DNA of 64,000 nucleotides from positions 35,380,166 to 35,444,165 of the forward strand of contig JAHRHZ010000018.1 of NCBI GenBank assembly GCA_024137785.1. The letters are read 5' to 3'. The stretch is from Ginglymostoma cirratum (taxonomy: Eukaryota). This document shows, piece after piece, positions 1 through 12,959 of the stretch; position 1 is the stretch's first letter, and each line of letters begins with the position of its first letter. The translations under genes and the position numbers were made by a program. The notes below the pieces were generated by a model that was given only the letters and a program-made list of their open reading frames with translations, did no database searches and was not told where the DNA came from.

Positions 1-199
1 CCTGTGCCAGCACTCTGAACAAAATGGATTTGCTCTAGTGGTGTGATTTTTCTCCATAATTTGGAAAACAAAAATCGTTTTAAGGATTTATACGTATGTT
101 TCCCTTTAGAAAGTTATTCTTAAATCTGTTTCTATATATTTTCAAGCAATACATTCCTGGTCATGAAACTCACTGAGTAAATCAGTTCTCCAAATTCCA

Positions 200-485
200 T
201 TCTTGGCATTTCTTTGCCAATTGTTTTAAATATCTACCCTTAGGTTATCAGCCCTACTGCCAATGAAAACAATTCCCCCCTTTAGAATTACTCTACCAAA
301 ACCACTCAATATTTTCAACATTTCTATTAGCTTTATCTTTCTCTGCTCCAAGAAAGAGAATCTCAGTTTCTCCAAATTGTCTTCATTCCTGTACCATTCT
401 AAAAAAAATCCCCTTTTCACCCTCTCCGAAGCCTTGATATCCTTCATAAAATGTGATCCCCAAACAATGCTCTCAAACTGATTTT
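200..485 (-). mobile_element. Old CR1-type LINE fragment (3' part of ORF2)
   Basis: Minus frame KDIKASERVKRGFF...EDNLEKLRFSFLEQRKIKLIEMLKILSGFGRV resembles the CR1 ORF2 C-terminus (ALERVQRRFT...RLEKLGLFSLEQRRLRGDLIEVFKIMKGFDRV). Confidence 0.75.
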
Positions 486-1984
486 TATGATACGTAAAGG
501 TTTATTGCTTTGTTTGGATTGAATTATTTTAAAGTCCACAATGTTTGGTATTTTGTAGTCTGTGAGTAACCAAAGACAGGGGCTCAGATACGCTTTGAGT
601 GCTGAAACACCATTACAATATACATGTTGGACAAGAGCTGGCTAAAGTCACCTTCCGAGTTTAAATGAGGCTTAATTTTAGCTCTTATTTGTGCCTGACA
701 TATGTTTAATACTAATTTTGAAGCTACAGTACTCGACTCTTGCCCATTGTCTCCATATTTTAACTCTAAAGTGTGTCATTGCCAAATTCGTGCAATTAAT
801 ATAAACGAAACTCATAAAACAGATACAGAATATAACATTGATATATATCACAGACAATCACAGATCGTCAGGATTAATTTTAAAATGAATTATCCTTTAT
901 TGGGTGTGGGCCTGTGTGCAGTTCAATATACACTAGAGTAGTTCTAATGAAAGCCATTGCTCACCAGAATTGTCAACTGCTCCTTCATCTCATGCATAAC
1001 TCAAAATTATGCATGAGTACCCTGAATCTTTACATTTCTCTAAACACCTCATTTCTAGTCTCCTTTCCAGTCTAAAGTCTTGGAACACTTCTTCTCTGCC
1101 AACATTCCCACCAACTCGCTATTTCGTTCTGAGCATCTGCCTTATCTGCTATCATCAGACTAATTAAATCAGAATAAATGACATTTAGTGTGACTGCCAT
1201 AACAGTGTATTAACTCTTATTGCCCTGCAGAGCCTCCCTGGGACTTTCAACTAAGTCAGTCATACCATTTCTAACATTGCCTCTGCACCATGTTCTTGTT
1301 CTTTAGCTCTATCTGCATGGTCCCAACAAATATTCTCAGCATAGCTTCACAATTTGTTTCTATTTTGCCCTGAAGATCATTCCACTGAGCATCTACTGTG
1401 TATTTCCACCATCCAAAGTCAACATAATCCTCTGCCTCCTTTCTTTTCTGCTTGCTCCAGATTTCCCTTGATCTGAGATTGTAATACTTAAATATGCAAA
1501 TTAAGGTCCCTTGGCTGTTTACAGACCTCGATTACAACTTTGAGTCCAATTAAGTGAAGCATATAAGATGTTTTCCAGGCATGGAAAGACCTAAACCATG
1601 GTCCTTCCACTCCCATCACCTCTGTTACGAGTTCCAACAACATCCTCCTGCTCCCTCACACCCCATTCTTGGATTTAACTATTTTGCCATTGCTGGTAAG
1701 CCAATCATTCTGGTATTCCTCTGAGTATGAGTTAATTGTAGCCCTAGATTTCATAGTTGAGGAACAGACTGGCAATACAATGCAATGCCAATTTTACTTA
1801 CAGAAAAAGTCCCAGGTGAACTTTTAGGCCACTCCACTAAGTTCAAATTCCTAATTTGCAACTATAACTCTTAGCATGATGGTGCACCTCCTTTGTTGTA
1901 CAACTTCACAATTCTTACCTCATCTCATTCAAAATTCAGCATAATATTTGTTCTTCTGTCCCATATTTTCATCAGTCTTCAAAT

Positions 1985-2320
1985 ATTGTTTTGCAGTGGT
2001 TTTGTGCCACATCTAAGAGCCTAAGTTCAAGACAGACTAGTCAAAGAAAAGGCAAGGTCAAAAATTGCATTCAACATGAGACTTCTTTCGAACTCTGCTG
2101 AGTGCAGATGAATACTACCAGTAACTATACTTTGTAATCTGAAATGTGCCAGGCTATAATATTAGATTGTTATGAGATTATTCCCTGAACTCTATCTTCT
2201 ATCTTCTATCCTCTATCCATCTAACTGACACTGCCTTTACAGTGCTACTAATTATAATGGAGAGCATTTCTATGACATCATCACAAGCTGCTCCAGGGTC
2301 CTAAAGCTCTTGTATGTTAT
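1985..2320 (-). repeat. Putative 3' LTR
   Basis: Shares blocks with 5839-6140: agttcaa..cagac..gtcaa..aaggcaaggtcaa, aactatac..gtaatctgaa, tattccct.aactctatc, atgacatcatcacaa, gggtc.taaagc.ctt. Confidence 0.7.
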
Positions 2321-2654
2321 CCATCCTCAAGCTTCCCTCGCCCATCACAAACATTGATGAATATTTATATACATTTTCAATTGGGTTCCTTAGATCATTT
2401 ATTTTCACAACACTTACATCACATTTTCCCTTATATCTCCCAGTCCTCCCCAAGAATTTGTCTTGAGATCAGAGGTTTATGTGATTTGGTGGCCTAACCA
2501 CACACCCTGAATGGGTAGTAGCTGCATTGATGTAACTACAAGAATGTATGGGAAATTCAGGCTGTTTCTTCTTCTTCACCCATAGCATCTGGATCAGGTG
2601 ATGGTAATATTTCTCTAAGAATAATGTTATTCACCAATACATTGTTGTTCCCCC

Positions 2655-2970
2655 TTTTGGCATAAGTTTCCATAGTCGCATGTTTGAGATAATACATACA
2701 GGTCATTAATGAAGCTTTTAACATACTCTTCTGAGAGTTGGTACCTGCCATTGAAGTGTGATCTCACCAGTGTCTTACTTGTTGTTCATGTGAAATATTG
2801 ATCAAAAACTGCTACGAGGCTATCAAATGCAATTTACTTCTCAATTATTTGTTACCTGTGTAAACATGATCTGATATTCTTCCCATGTAGCAGAGAAGTG
2901 TGTTAACCTGTTCTGAATTTGATTTTGTGCTCAATGCTGAAGCTGTTAAAAATTTTACCGGATGTACTTC
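2655..2970 (-). pseudogene. Gypsy Gag remnant
   Basis: Minus translation FLTASALSTKSNSEQVNTLLCYMGRISDHV ... FDSLVAVFDQYFT*...LVRSHFNGRYQLSEEYVKSFINDLYVLSQTCDYGNL matches the Ty3/Gypsy Gag pattern (QVNTLLYCMG; ERAKFNxRxQxxGESVDSFINDLYxLAExCEYG). Contains a stop codon. Confidence 0.8.
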
Positions 2971-3844
2971 CCAATTTGTCAATTTACTAATCTACCAAAT
3001 GGATCTGAAAGCTTGAATTGTTTTGGTAGAAAGATCAATACTATTGAATTTTGTTGTAGTGACTGATTATTAAAAGGCCATTAAAGTCGTTGATTATTTT
3101 CTTGATTTAGATAAAGGTTGTTAGGATTTTTATCTGCTTGTACTGCACCCATTATTATGTTGTTGCATTTTCAGTTGAATAAAGTTGTTGAATATTTGTT
3201 GCAGTAGCACTAAAACTAAAAGCTGTTAAAATTTCAGCTTTTCTAAATGCTGTTTACAATGAAAATTGCAGTTTTTCTTTACCAATATGATGCCTTCGTG
3301 GAGGGGAAGCAAGATATTTCTTTTCCAAGATGGCTGAAGAATTTCCAAAAGATCTGTCAGCAGATATTTTCTCAAAATGGCTTCAATCAATAAGAATTTT
3401 TTTTTCCATTGTACCAATGATGGCTGCTGTGATCTTCTTTATGCTGATTTTTTTCTGCATCTGAGGCTACTTTCACACTGAATTCAATAAAAATTCTGAC
3501 TGAATAAACATATGTTTCTCACCCAAACCAGCAGAGTAATAAATTTAACTAACTTCACTGTGAGGGTTGCGATACTTCAAATTCCAAAATAAATCAATTC
3601 ATATTTCTGATCTTTTTCAATTGATGTACCTTAGCCTGTTTTAGAAAAACTTTCTACACTTGGTTGTTGAGAAATTTGCTATTGAGTACTCTAAGACTAT
3701 TATATCATTGCCTGAAGTCTTAGCTCCACTTCCAAGCCTAGATCTTTGGGTTTTTCCTCTAAGGAATCAAATTGACTTTGGCTGCTTGGTACTCAGCCTT
3801 TTGGTACCTGATCTAGACTTAGTCTGCTGGCTGCAAATGGGCTC

Positions 3845-3915
3845 CTACTGTGTTCATCCAGCCCCATGCTTGTTATCTCGGATTCTCCAGCATCTGCAGT
3901 ACCTTTTATCTCTCC
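3845..3915 (+). mobile_element. Penelope-derived terminal repeat fragment (tail ...ggattctccagcatctgcagt...)
   Basis: Same tail family as the copies at 6280, 23575, 27849 and 33820. Confidence 0.55.
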
Positions 3916-3964
3916 TACTGTTCTCACTGACTTTTCCCTTATTAGTTTGTTTCCCTTATTACTG

Positions 3965-4193
3965 GCTGTAAAAGGCCCTCTATCCCATTCTCTCAGTTCC
4001 TCCGTCTCCATCGTATATGTTCAGATGAGGCCAACTTCGAGAAGGGAGCCTCCAAAATGTCCACTGTGGATTCCCTACCTCCGTGGTCGACTGGGCCCTC
4101 AACCAGGTCCGACCCATCACCAGCACTTCTGCCCTCACCCTATCTCTTCCCTCCCGCATCAGTGACAGGGTTCCCCTTGTCCTTACCTACCAT
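3965..4193 (+). mobile_element. Penelope-like element ORF fragment (RT C-terminus/linker)
   Basis: IPFSQFLRLHRICSDEANFEKGASKMST / GFPTSVVDWALNQVRPITSTSALTLSLPSRISDRVPLVLTYH, with the typical PLE motifs IPFSQFLRLRRICS and RVPLVLTYHP. Confidence 0.8.
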
Positions 4194-5775
4194 TAGTGAA
4201 ATGGTCTTGGGGCAATTGATGGGATTAAAGGCGAATAAATCCTCAAAGCCTGATAATCTTAATCCCAGAGTACATAAAGAAGAGGCCCAGAACCAGTGGG
4301 CGTATGGATGGCCATCTTTCAAGATTCTTTACACTCTGGAACAGTTCCTATGGATTGAAGGGTTGCTAATGTAACCCACTACTTGAAAAAGGAGATAGAG
4401 AGAAAACAGAAAAGTATACATGGACATCAGTAGTAGGGAAAATGCTAGTGTCTGTTATAAAAGATTAAATAGCAGAGGACAGTGACAGGGTCGGACAGAG
4501 TCAGCATGGATTTATAAGAGGAAAATCATGCTTGACTGGATCTGCTGGAATGTTTTGGGCCTGTAACTAGTAGAGTTCATAAGGGGGAGCCAGACGATGT
4601 GGTTTACATGGATTTTCAGACAGCTTTTAAAAAGGTCCTACATTAGAGATTAGCATGTAAAATGAATGTGCATGGGATTGTGGGTAGTATACTGACATGA
4701 ATAGAGAACTGGCTGGCAGACAGAAGCAAAGAGTAGAAGTGAACAGTGCTACTTTTTCAAGTGACAAGCAGTGACTAGTGAGGTGCCACAGGAATCAGAG
4801 CTTGGACCCCAGCTGTTCACAATCCATAATGATTTAGGTGAGGGAATTAAACGTAATATGGTCAAGCTTGCAGATGACACAAAGCTGTGTAGGAGGGGTA
4901 ACAATGAGGAGGATGCAGAGATGCTTAAGTGTTATATGGGCATGTTGTATGAGTAGGCAAATGCATGGCGGATTAAGTATAATACGGATTAATGTGAAGT
5001 GGTCCATTCTGGTAGCAAAATTAGGAAGGCACACCTGAATGTCATAGGTTGGGAAAGGGGAAGTGCAATGAGACCTGAGTATCCTTTATATCAGTCACTG
5101 GAAGTAAGTATGCAGGTGTAGCAGGCTATGAAGAAGGCACATAGCATGTTGGCCTTCATAACAAGAGGATTTGAGTACAGGAGCATGGAAATCTTGCTGC
5201 AATTCTAGAGGGCCTTGGTGAGGCAACATCTGGAGTGTTGTGTGCAGTTTTGGCCTCTTCTTATATGAGGAAGTATGTTCTGGCTTTGGAGGAATTGCAA
5301 CAAAGAATTACCCAACTGATAGCAGGACTGACATATGAAGATAGACTGGATCGCTTAGGACTATATGCACTGGAGTTTGAAAGAATGAGGGAGATCTCGT
5401 AGAAACATGTAAAATTCTGACAGGACAAGACAAAGTAAACAAAATAAGCATACTCTCAATGTCTGGTAAGTCCAGAACCAGGGGTCACAGTATAAGGATA
5501 TAGAGTAGGAAATTTAAGTCTGAGATGGAGGGAAATATCTTCACTCAGGGAATAGTGAACCTGTGGAATTCGCTATCATAGAAGTTGTTTGAGGCCAAAA
5601 CATAGAATGTTTTCAAGAAGGAGTTAGATATAGTGCCTAGGGCTAAAGGGATTAAAGGATGTGGGGAAAACAGGAATAGAGTACTGAGTTGAGTAAACCG
5701 CCATGATCATGTTAAATAGCACATCAGGCTTAAAGGGATGAATGGCCTATCCTGTGTCCATTTTCCACGTTTCTC
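4193..5775 (+). mobile_element. CR1/HER1-type LINE, 5'-truncated, RT and 3' UTR, frameshifted
   Basis: LGQLMGLKANKSSKPDNLNPRV, QHGF...KSCLT, VTSEVPQESELGPQLFTI, KLADDTKL, and a 3' end taaagggatgaatggcctatcctg. Confidence 0.92.
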
Positions 5776-5838
5776 CAAGTGATCTTCAATACTATCCCAA
5801 TTTCCTAGGCATGGATTGCATTGGTGACACCTTCTTTT

Positions 5839-6140
5839 GTGGTATTGTTTAATGCCCCCATTTAAGAATTTGAGTTCAAACCAGACCGGTCAAGCATAAG
5901 GCAAGGTCAAGAACTGCCTTCAGGTTTATTGCATATTAATATTGAATACAACTATACATGGTAATCTGAAGTAGATCAAGTTCTAGTTTACTGTCATATT
6001 GTTCAGGGACTATTCCCTAAACTCTATCCAGCATGCACCTTCTATCGATTTAACTAACTCAATGCACATTGTGCTAGTGAATAACAGCTCCATGACATCA
6101 TCACAAAGTTATTCTCGGGGTCTTAAAGCACTTACACAAC
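5839..6140 (-). repeat. Putative 5' LTR
   Basis: Bounded by TGT...ACA (tgtggtatt...acacaaca) and homologous to 1985-2320. A degenerate PBS-like ggtgtcaccaatgcaatcc follows it on the minus strand. Confidence 0.7.
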
Positions 6141-6279
6141 AGTTACCTTGTCCAACAATTTGGAAGTCTTGCTAAACTCTTCTGTCTTGCAATTCCTCTC
6201 CTGACATTGAGACGTATATTTTAAAACTAACTGCTTAATCATACTCTTGACCATATTACCTAATTTCCCTTCAATACAA

Positions 6280-6460
6280 AATAAAAGCAAATACTGCAAA
6301 TTGCTGTAAATCTGAAACAAACACAGAGAATGTTGGAGAAACTCAGCTGGTGTAGAAGCATCTGTGGAGAAAAAAACAGAGTTAACATTTCAACAGTACT
6401 TCTGAACAGAAGGGTCATACAGGACTTTCCATTGTCTGTGTTTGTTCCCTTCAACACATG
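6280..6460 (-). mobile_element. Penelope-terminus-derived short repeat (head-to-head remnant)
   Basis: gcaaatactgcaaattgctgtaaatctgaaac...gcatctgtggagaaaaaaacagagttaacatttc is the reverse complement of the hammerhead-bearing repeat seen at 33820; a forward ctgaacagaagggtca remnant follows. Confidence 0.65.
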
Positions 6461-6610
6461 CTTGGCCCAACAATTAAAACTGAATGATATGGAGAGATTT
6501 TTCTGTAACAAAAATACTATATAAATATAAGTTGTTGATGCTAAGCAAAGACAAATATTTATTAAATTCCACAGCAAAGTCTAAAAGACAAGTAATAGCT
6601 TTTCCATTAT

Positions 6611-6614
<4 letters not shown>

Positions 6615-6643
<29 letters not shown>
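6615..6643. repeat. (CT)n microsatellite
   Basis: Direct reading. Confidence 0.95.
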
Positions 6644-6647
<4 letters not shown>

Positions 6648-8479
6648 ATTTCTCCCATGGTTACGGCTTTTTCCTTACCTTTAGCTAGGTTTTCACCATG
6701 AATTTTCAGCAATAAACAAATTAATTATCGTATCTGGTTACTGATTAATATAGGGCTGACTAACCAAACTGCATCAATGTTTTTGTAACTGCAATGATGA
6801 AAGTCTTAGAAATTTTATTGATTCTTTGTACAAAATCATTCAAGGTCTAGTAGACAAGAAATTACACACATGAAATGCATGGTAAATGTATCAAAGAAAG
6901 TAACAGTTAAAAGAAAAGGTTGTGTTTACCCAAAGGTTTCCCCACTTCAGGTATCGCTTTTGAAGGAGCAGGATTGCCAGTCTGAGTCAAGGAATTTAAA
7001 ACATTTATTCTATTACAGCTATTAAGCCTTGGGCATAAATCATTGGCAGTTCAATAAATAACTCAGTAATGTATTAGTGAGAAGAGAATTCCATTTTTAA
7101 AATAGGAAACTAAAGCAAACCCTATCAATTGTCTCCTCAGTCATCATGCTCAGCTTTTAATGGAATAAAATGTATCTCTTCATTATAAATATGTGTATTT
7201 TTTGGAGGGAAATTTCCTCTATTTTCACCATATTCCTTAGTCTTCCCAGGTCACCCTGAACGAATGACGAAGTGACAGGGACAGGAGACCTGATCCTTTA
7301 CCTACATTCCTTCGGTTTCAAGCCAGCTTCCAACAAATGGCTGAGAACAGCCTCAGGATGCTATATTCCCTGATTTTTTTTCTTCCTACAGAGAGGTACT
7401 GAAGCTTTGCCACAATCTCTGTCTTAAATTGGGGTCACGGGTGCAAAATTGCTTGTTCTCTTTCCATGCCATAAATGCTGATAATCCAGAATGCCACACT
7501 CTTGGGCTGTACGGAAAATGTCTGTTAAATACATAGACACATGTATAAAATTGCTAGAAACTGTAACATTTTTATTTAATACAAAACGTATTTGATAGAT
7601 ATTTGGCAATTTTTTTTCAAATCAATCATGCTAGCAACTATTATCATTGATAAGCGCTTGACCGTAATAATAAAAAAAATTACAGAGGACATTTAGACTG
7701 TATCATTGAAGTGGACAATTTTTAAAGAATTTTTGGGTTATTAAAAGAAATTATTTCAAGTTGAAGCCCATAATAACATGAACTTCATGCTTCATTCAGT
7801 AGTGTTCTGTAATGTTAACATCTGTGAATAGTGAAAAAGTGAGTCTGGATTTTCATCCTTAAAACAAGAGATTTCTCAATTTGGCAGGCATCGTTTGGTA
7901 GCAATCTCCCCCATACTCCAGGTCATTAAGGTGAGGTGGGGTGGGAGGTGCAGCTGGGTGTGGTACGGAGTCATCCCCAGAAAAGGGTCAAAGGTGGTGA
8001 CATGATAGCCGAGGGTTGAAGCAAACTGTTTAAAAAGTCCATCTCCCATTGTTTATACTTATTTTAGAAACTCCAGCCTTGCCAACTCGCCCAACCCACA
8101 TACCAATCCCCGACACTTCTACCCATTCCATGCCAACTCAAGTTACTCTTGGCATTACGATGCCTTTCACCCGGTATGTGCTCTGAACAGAACCCATGAA
8201 ACCTACAGCAACAATGGAATGTGTGAAACAGCTTTAATATACTCCTTTGTGATTTTCTTTTAAAAATTGCTATAATCCTATCAAAGTTTCAATCAACCAC
8301 ACTTTTGAGATATCAAGAACAGAAGCTATAAGCTTTTGACACCTCTTTATCTTGTGAATATAAACATTGAGCCATTGACAAAACAGGTCACAAAAAAAGT
8401 TGGTTACAACATTATAAATCGGTCAATTAAGACAAATTTTACTTTCTCATTTTCTCTATTTCCTTTCTAGCTGTGTCAA

Positions 8480-9760
8480 CAGAGTAAAATCTTTCATTGG
8501 ATTCTGGGCTCCCAGCCAAGCAATATTATTTTCTTCAAATATTTAAACAATTCCTTGTTGAAGTATACTATTGGATTTGTCTCCATTGCCTATCAGAACC
8601 TTCACAACATCATTAAGTATTTTCCTCCTGTCCAATAAATCAATGATCACCAAAACTCTCTCTTCTGTCTCTTTACCAATTTTAAACCCATGATGTTACT
8701 TCCCCTTTAAAAGCATAGTGAAGAAGACCAGAGTTAAAATTAATGGTGGAAACTTGGAGAAAATGGGTAATTTTATGTACATGGGCTTGATAGTGACAGA
8801 AGATGGAGGTATGAAATTGGAAACTAAGAAAGAGGTTAGCTTAGATTGGAGAACTTGGAAGAGTTTTTGTGGAGTGTTGTATAATATAAAAGTATCATTG
8901 ACACTGAAAGGAACAATATACAAGACAGTTGTGAGACTGTTTTATTGTGTTCTACAGAAATTTGGGCAACGTCAAGAAAAGAAGACAAGCAACTCGATAC
9001 TGATAATATGCACATGCTGAGATGGGTGCATGGAGTAACAAGAAAGGGAAAATTAAGCAACAGCATATCAAGAGGTCAGTGAAGATTGTGGGAAGATCAA
9101 AGAAATTAGGTGAGAAGAGATTGAAATCTGCAATGGAGAGAGATGAAACGTGGTGAAGCAATTGATGGAGATGGGGCAGTCAAGTAGAAGAGGAAAACCC
9201 TACATCTAGATAGAAAGGTATCATGATGAGAGAAAAATGTAGGATGGAAAGAAGAATGGGTGACTGATAGCGGGAGGTGGAGAAAGGTGAAGAACCATGA
9301 TTATTGTGACACCAAGTGAAATGAGAAAAGCCAAAAGAAGAAGCAGCTGTTAGTTCCCTTTTAGTCCTATGCACTTCAGTTTTACTGATAAGTCTAATAT
9401 GTGATACCTTTAATGCCTTTTGAATAGCACTGACCTCATCCAGCCTCAGTATTATTTCATCAACAAAAATAATCAAGTTAGTCAAAGATTATTTACACTT
9501 ACTTCCTTCAGCAATCTAGGATGAATCCTGCATGGATTGAGAGTCTTATCCTCTTTTGAATGGTCAGACTTTCTAGGAATTCCTCTTTATTTTTATCTCA
9601 CACAGTATTCCAGCAACCTATCATTTACCACAGCTTTAGATTTTGTACTTACTTCTGTAACACCTTTTGCCGCCCTTGATAGCTATCATTTCTGGTCCTT
9701 AACTGGTTGCAGTACACTTCTGTAAACCAGTATATGCCTACAAAAAGCATTTTGTTACCA
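8480..9760 (-). mobile_element. Old CR1 LINE (minus), interrupted by an RTE insertion
   Basis: 9350-9490 reads TNLIIFVDEIILRLDEVSAIQKALKVSHIRLISKTEVH (CR1 RT: LTNLIEFFDEVT..VDEG..FQKAFDKVPHxRL). 8500-8710 resembles the CR1 3' region. Confidence 0.6.
8718..9345 (+). mobile_element. RTE-clade LINE 3' fragment
   Basis: VKINGGNLEKMGNFMYMGLIVTEDGGMKLETKKEVSLDWRTWKSFCGVLYNIKVSLTLKGTIYKTVVR, then MLRWVHGVTRK and RLK.. motifs, typical of the RTE post-RT region (LEKVxxFKYLGS; WxxWRKxxGVLxDxKVPxxLKGKIYKTVVRP). Confidence 0.85.
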
Positions 9761-10105
9761 TTTTACCATTTATTCCTGGCCTCCAAATTGTGTCAAAGTC
9801 TCAAATATTAGGTGTATTAAACAAAAGAGGCAGACAAGCATTATGAACATTGGTCCAATATCTAAATATGAAATAGCATAATGCAGAATACAACAATACC
9901 ATCTATTTTTGTTTTAAGTAGAACAATTTTGACATTTGTAGAAGACCCGCTGCTCCCTTAACTATATGATCAGAAACAGTATGTGTGCTTTCAAATTCTT
10001 GTATCCTAGTGGCCTTCTGATTGACTTCTGCCCTGATTTATCTTCAAAACTTTACACCCCAAAAAAACGAAGATGTTGCTTAGTAGGCAACCTGGCCTTG
10101 ATATT

Positions 10106-10500
10106 AGAACATAATAAATAGAAGCAGGAATAGACCATTCAGCCATTCTAGCCTGTCCTGCCATTTTTCAAGATCATAGCTGATCTACACCAGGCCTTAA
10201 TTCCTCTTTCTTGCCAGCTCATTATAGCCCTCAATTCCCTAATATTTCAAAAATTATCTACCTCCTCTTCAAACACTTGCAGGAATCGATACAGCTTCCA
10301 CAATTGTGAGCTAGTGAGTTCCAGACATTCACAATCCTCTGAGAGAAGAAATTCCTTCACATCTCAGTTTTAAATGAGTGACCACTTATTTCAATATCAT
10401 GTTCCCTTAATTCTGCTTAATAAGGATCCCCTACTAATAGAAACATCTTCTCAACATCCACCCAGTCAAGACGCCTCAGATTCTTATATGTTTAACGTGA
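10106..10500 (-). mobile_element. CR1 LINE 3' end
   Basis: agaacataataaatagaagcaggaatagaccattcagcc...agatcatagctgatct is the reverse complement of the CR1 3' UTR seen at 37010-37168. Confidence 0.85.
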
Positions 10501-12959
10501 CAAGTATCTCACTGCAATTCATTACTGAGAGAGATGAAGACTCTTGCTACTACTGTGCGTTGGTTGATGGTATCCAAATGATGCTCTTTGAGATGACAAT
10601 CTCAATAATGTCTCCCCTTCTATGGCATACTTAATGCTTCTTCAGCTTGCTGAAGAGACCTCCCTCCTCATCTTCTTCCAGCAGATGTGGCCCTAAGCTC
10701 TTGGCAGTCTGTCTACCCTGCATTTATGTCTTTCTTTGGGAAGCCATTTTTCCTGAAAAGGAGGGCATTGGTAACACTATACATACAGTGGTGCAATGTA
10801 GGCTGGGTGATTAAACAGACATATCTAGGCTACCTTGATTGGAGTCAATCATGTAAAATTTTGAGATAGTAGCAATAATTTTACTTTCTGTTCAGTCCAA
10901 TGTAATAGTAATACAATAAGAGGCATGGAATTGTAAAAGCTGCTTATTAATCAGTAAGCTTACAGACAGAATTATGATGTTGGAGATCAAGGTACAAGAA
11001 TTTACAAGGGCAAACAGAAACAAAGGGATTTTCAAGGGCACGTAATTAGTATTAGATTTAGAGTGTAAGTAATCTCAGCTAAGTGATATGACCAAGCTAG
11101 GGAACTGGATCTGGTGCAAAGTGCAACCATGAACAGGGTTGCCATGACGAAGGAAATAAAGCCATTTTAATGAGAATAGTGGATGGATTAAGCCTATAGA
11201 CTGAACTAACAGTGGGAAATTATGTAAGGGCCTTGTAATAAACAACATAACTGAAGATTGTCTAAAGCCCCTTAATTCGAAGATGTTAAATAAGGTTCTT
11301 TGATACAATTTGATACACTTTGGGTAAAGATTGGGGGGCTTACAAATGGCGGTAGCACCCAGTTCATAAATATATGGGGTCATTCAAGAATAACCTGTAT
11401 AGGTACAGAAAAGATCAAATACATTTAAAACAGTAGAAACAAAGAAACCTGTGGCAAATATTGATGAAACAATTGCAAAGCATTTAAGCCAAAAAAAAAC
11501 TCTGGCAGCTGGGAGTCAGAGCTGGTAAATATAATGCCTGGTTCCTTCTTGACTTAGTGTGTCAAAGGCACCATGAGAGGCAATGCTTTTCTTAGCCTGA
11601 CTTTTATTAGCGACACAGCAAATGTAAAGATAATGCTAGTCAAAATAGCCTTGAAGGGAAACAACCATAGAATAATAACATTTAGTATGTTCTGGGGTTC
11701 AAAGCTTCCATGACAAAATCCATGGTATACAATTTTAAAATATCTACATTTGTTTAAATGAGGGAGCTGGTAAAACAAACACGTTGGGGAAGGTCATTTC
11801 AGAACAGTTCTATAGAAGACAAATGGAACATCTTTACAGGTAAAACACTGGTCATTTTAAAGTAAATAGATTCTAAAAATCACTGAGCTCAGATTAAATA
11901 AGGGTGATCCAACATGCATCAATAAATCAAATATAAGATAAAAAGGAAAAATGACATCATGTATAAATTCTGCTAGGAGAAAGGGAAAGAGAAGAATAGA
12001 AGCAATTGCAGAAACATGTTAAAATGATGATTAGAAAAAAGAGGGGCATGGAAAAAAGATGTTGAGGTAAAGAAAATTATGGCAAAACAGTAACACCATA
12101 CAGCAAAAGAGCAGAGAAGAAGTGAAAGACATAAAGAATGCAAATAAGCTTGAAACTGAGGTGGAGAACAAAACAATAAAAAAGTGAATCGCCTCCAATT
12201 GTTCAGGTGAATACATACGAGCAATGTGTCCTCTCCAAACGGAGATATCCCAAGTAAAATCAATGGTCTTGATATTAACAGGGATGGGCTTCATAGCTGC
12301 TGAGTATTGCAGGAGCTGGTGTTGGCAGGGCTTTGCTAGAAGTCAGGTTTCCCCACAGGCTGAGGAGATTTAATTCTACTATATGCACAGCTACACTTGG
12401 CAAGTTGCCCATCTAGATACTATCTTGATTGTCAAGCTTGGGCCTCAAGCCAGGCAAAAAGACTCTGATGCAGGCCTTTGGAACAGTTAGGTCCAATCCA
12501 ACAGCCAAGAAGGTCTGATGTCTGGGAGATTAGGGTGGGGCAGGAAGTTCATGAAATAGTCAAGCTCTTCCAATGGGTGAGGTTTGGGCGTGATGGAGTA
12601 GGAACTTGAAAGGCTAAGGGGAAGCTGACCCGCTCTCCCTAGCCCAAAAGCACAGATACTCAGTTTCTCTAAAGTTATCCTCAACTATCTTCAGCTGTCA
12701 GCTTTTATGCGGCCTTGGAAATGCAGATGCCCATTAGAAAATAAGCTAAACCAGGGGCTGTCGAACGTCATTAAATATTTTAATTACAAATTCACTTTCT
12801 GGGAGAGTCCCTTGTTCCACCTTAATTCTATCTTTACTGAATCTGAAAGTCAGCAGATATTTAAAATTACCATTTGATCTGACTGCAACCTACCCATTTT
12901 TAGATGTTAATGTTGATCTCAACGGCTTTGTTATGAATGCGTTGGGAGACAGTCAAATC

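Larger units (their letters stand above)
1985..6140 (-). mobile_element. Degenerate, internally deleted Ty3/Gypsy LTR retrotransposon (with nested insertions)
   Basis: Two diverged ~300-bp direct repeats (~1985-2320, ~5839-6140) bracket a minus-strand Gag remnant. Confidence 0.75.

Noticed and set aside
10500-10760. Possible minus-strand coding exon
   Set aside because: No consistent open frame with splice sites; more like a decayed LINE 3' end.
11000-12240. A-rich purine-biased region with hydrophobic antisense ORFs
   Set aside because: Strand bias is typical of very old LINE ORF2 debris; too degraded to assign confidently.
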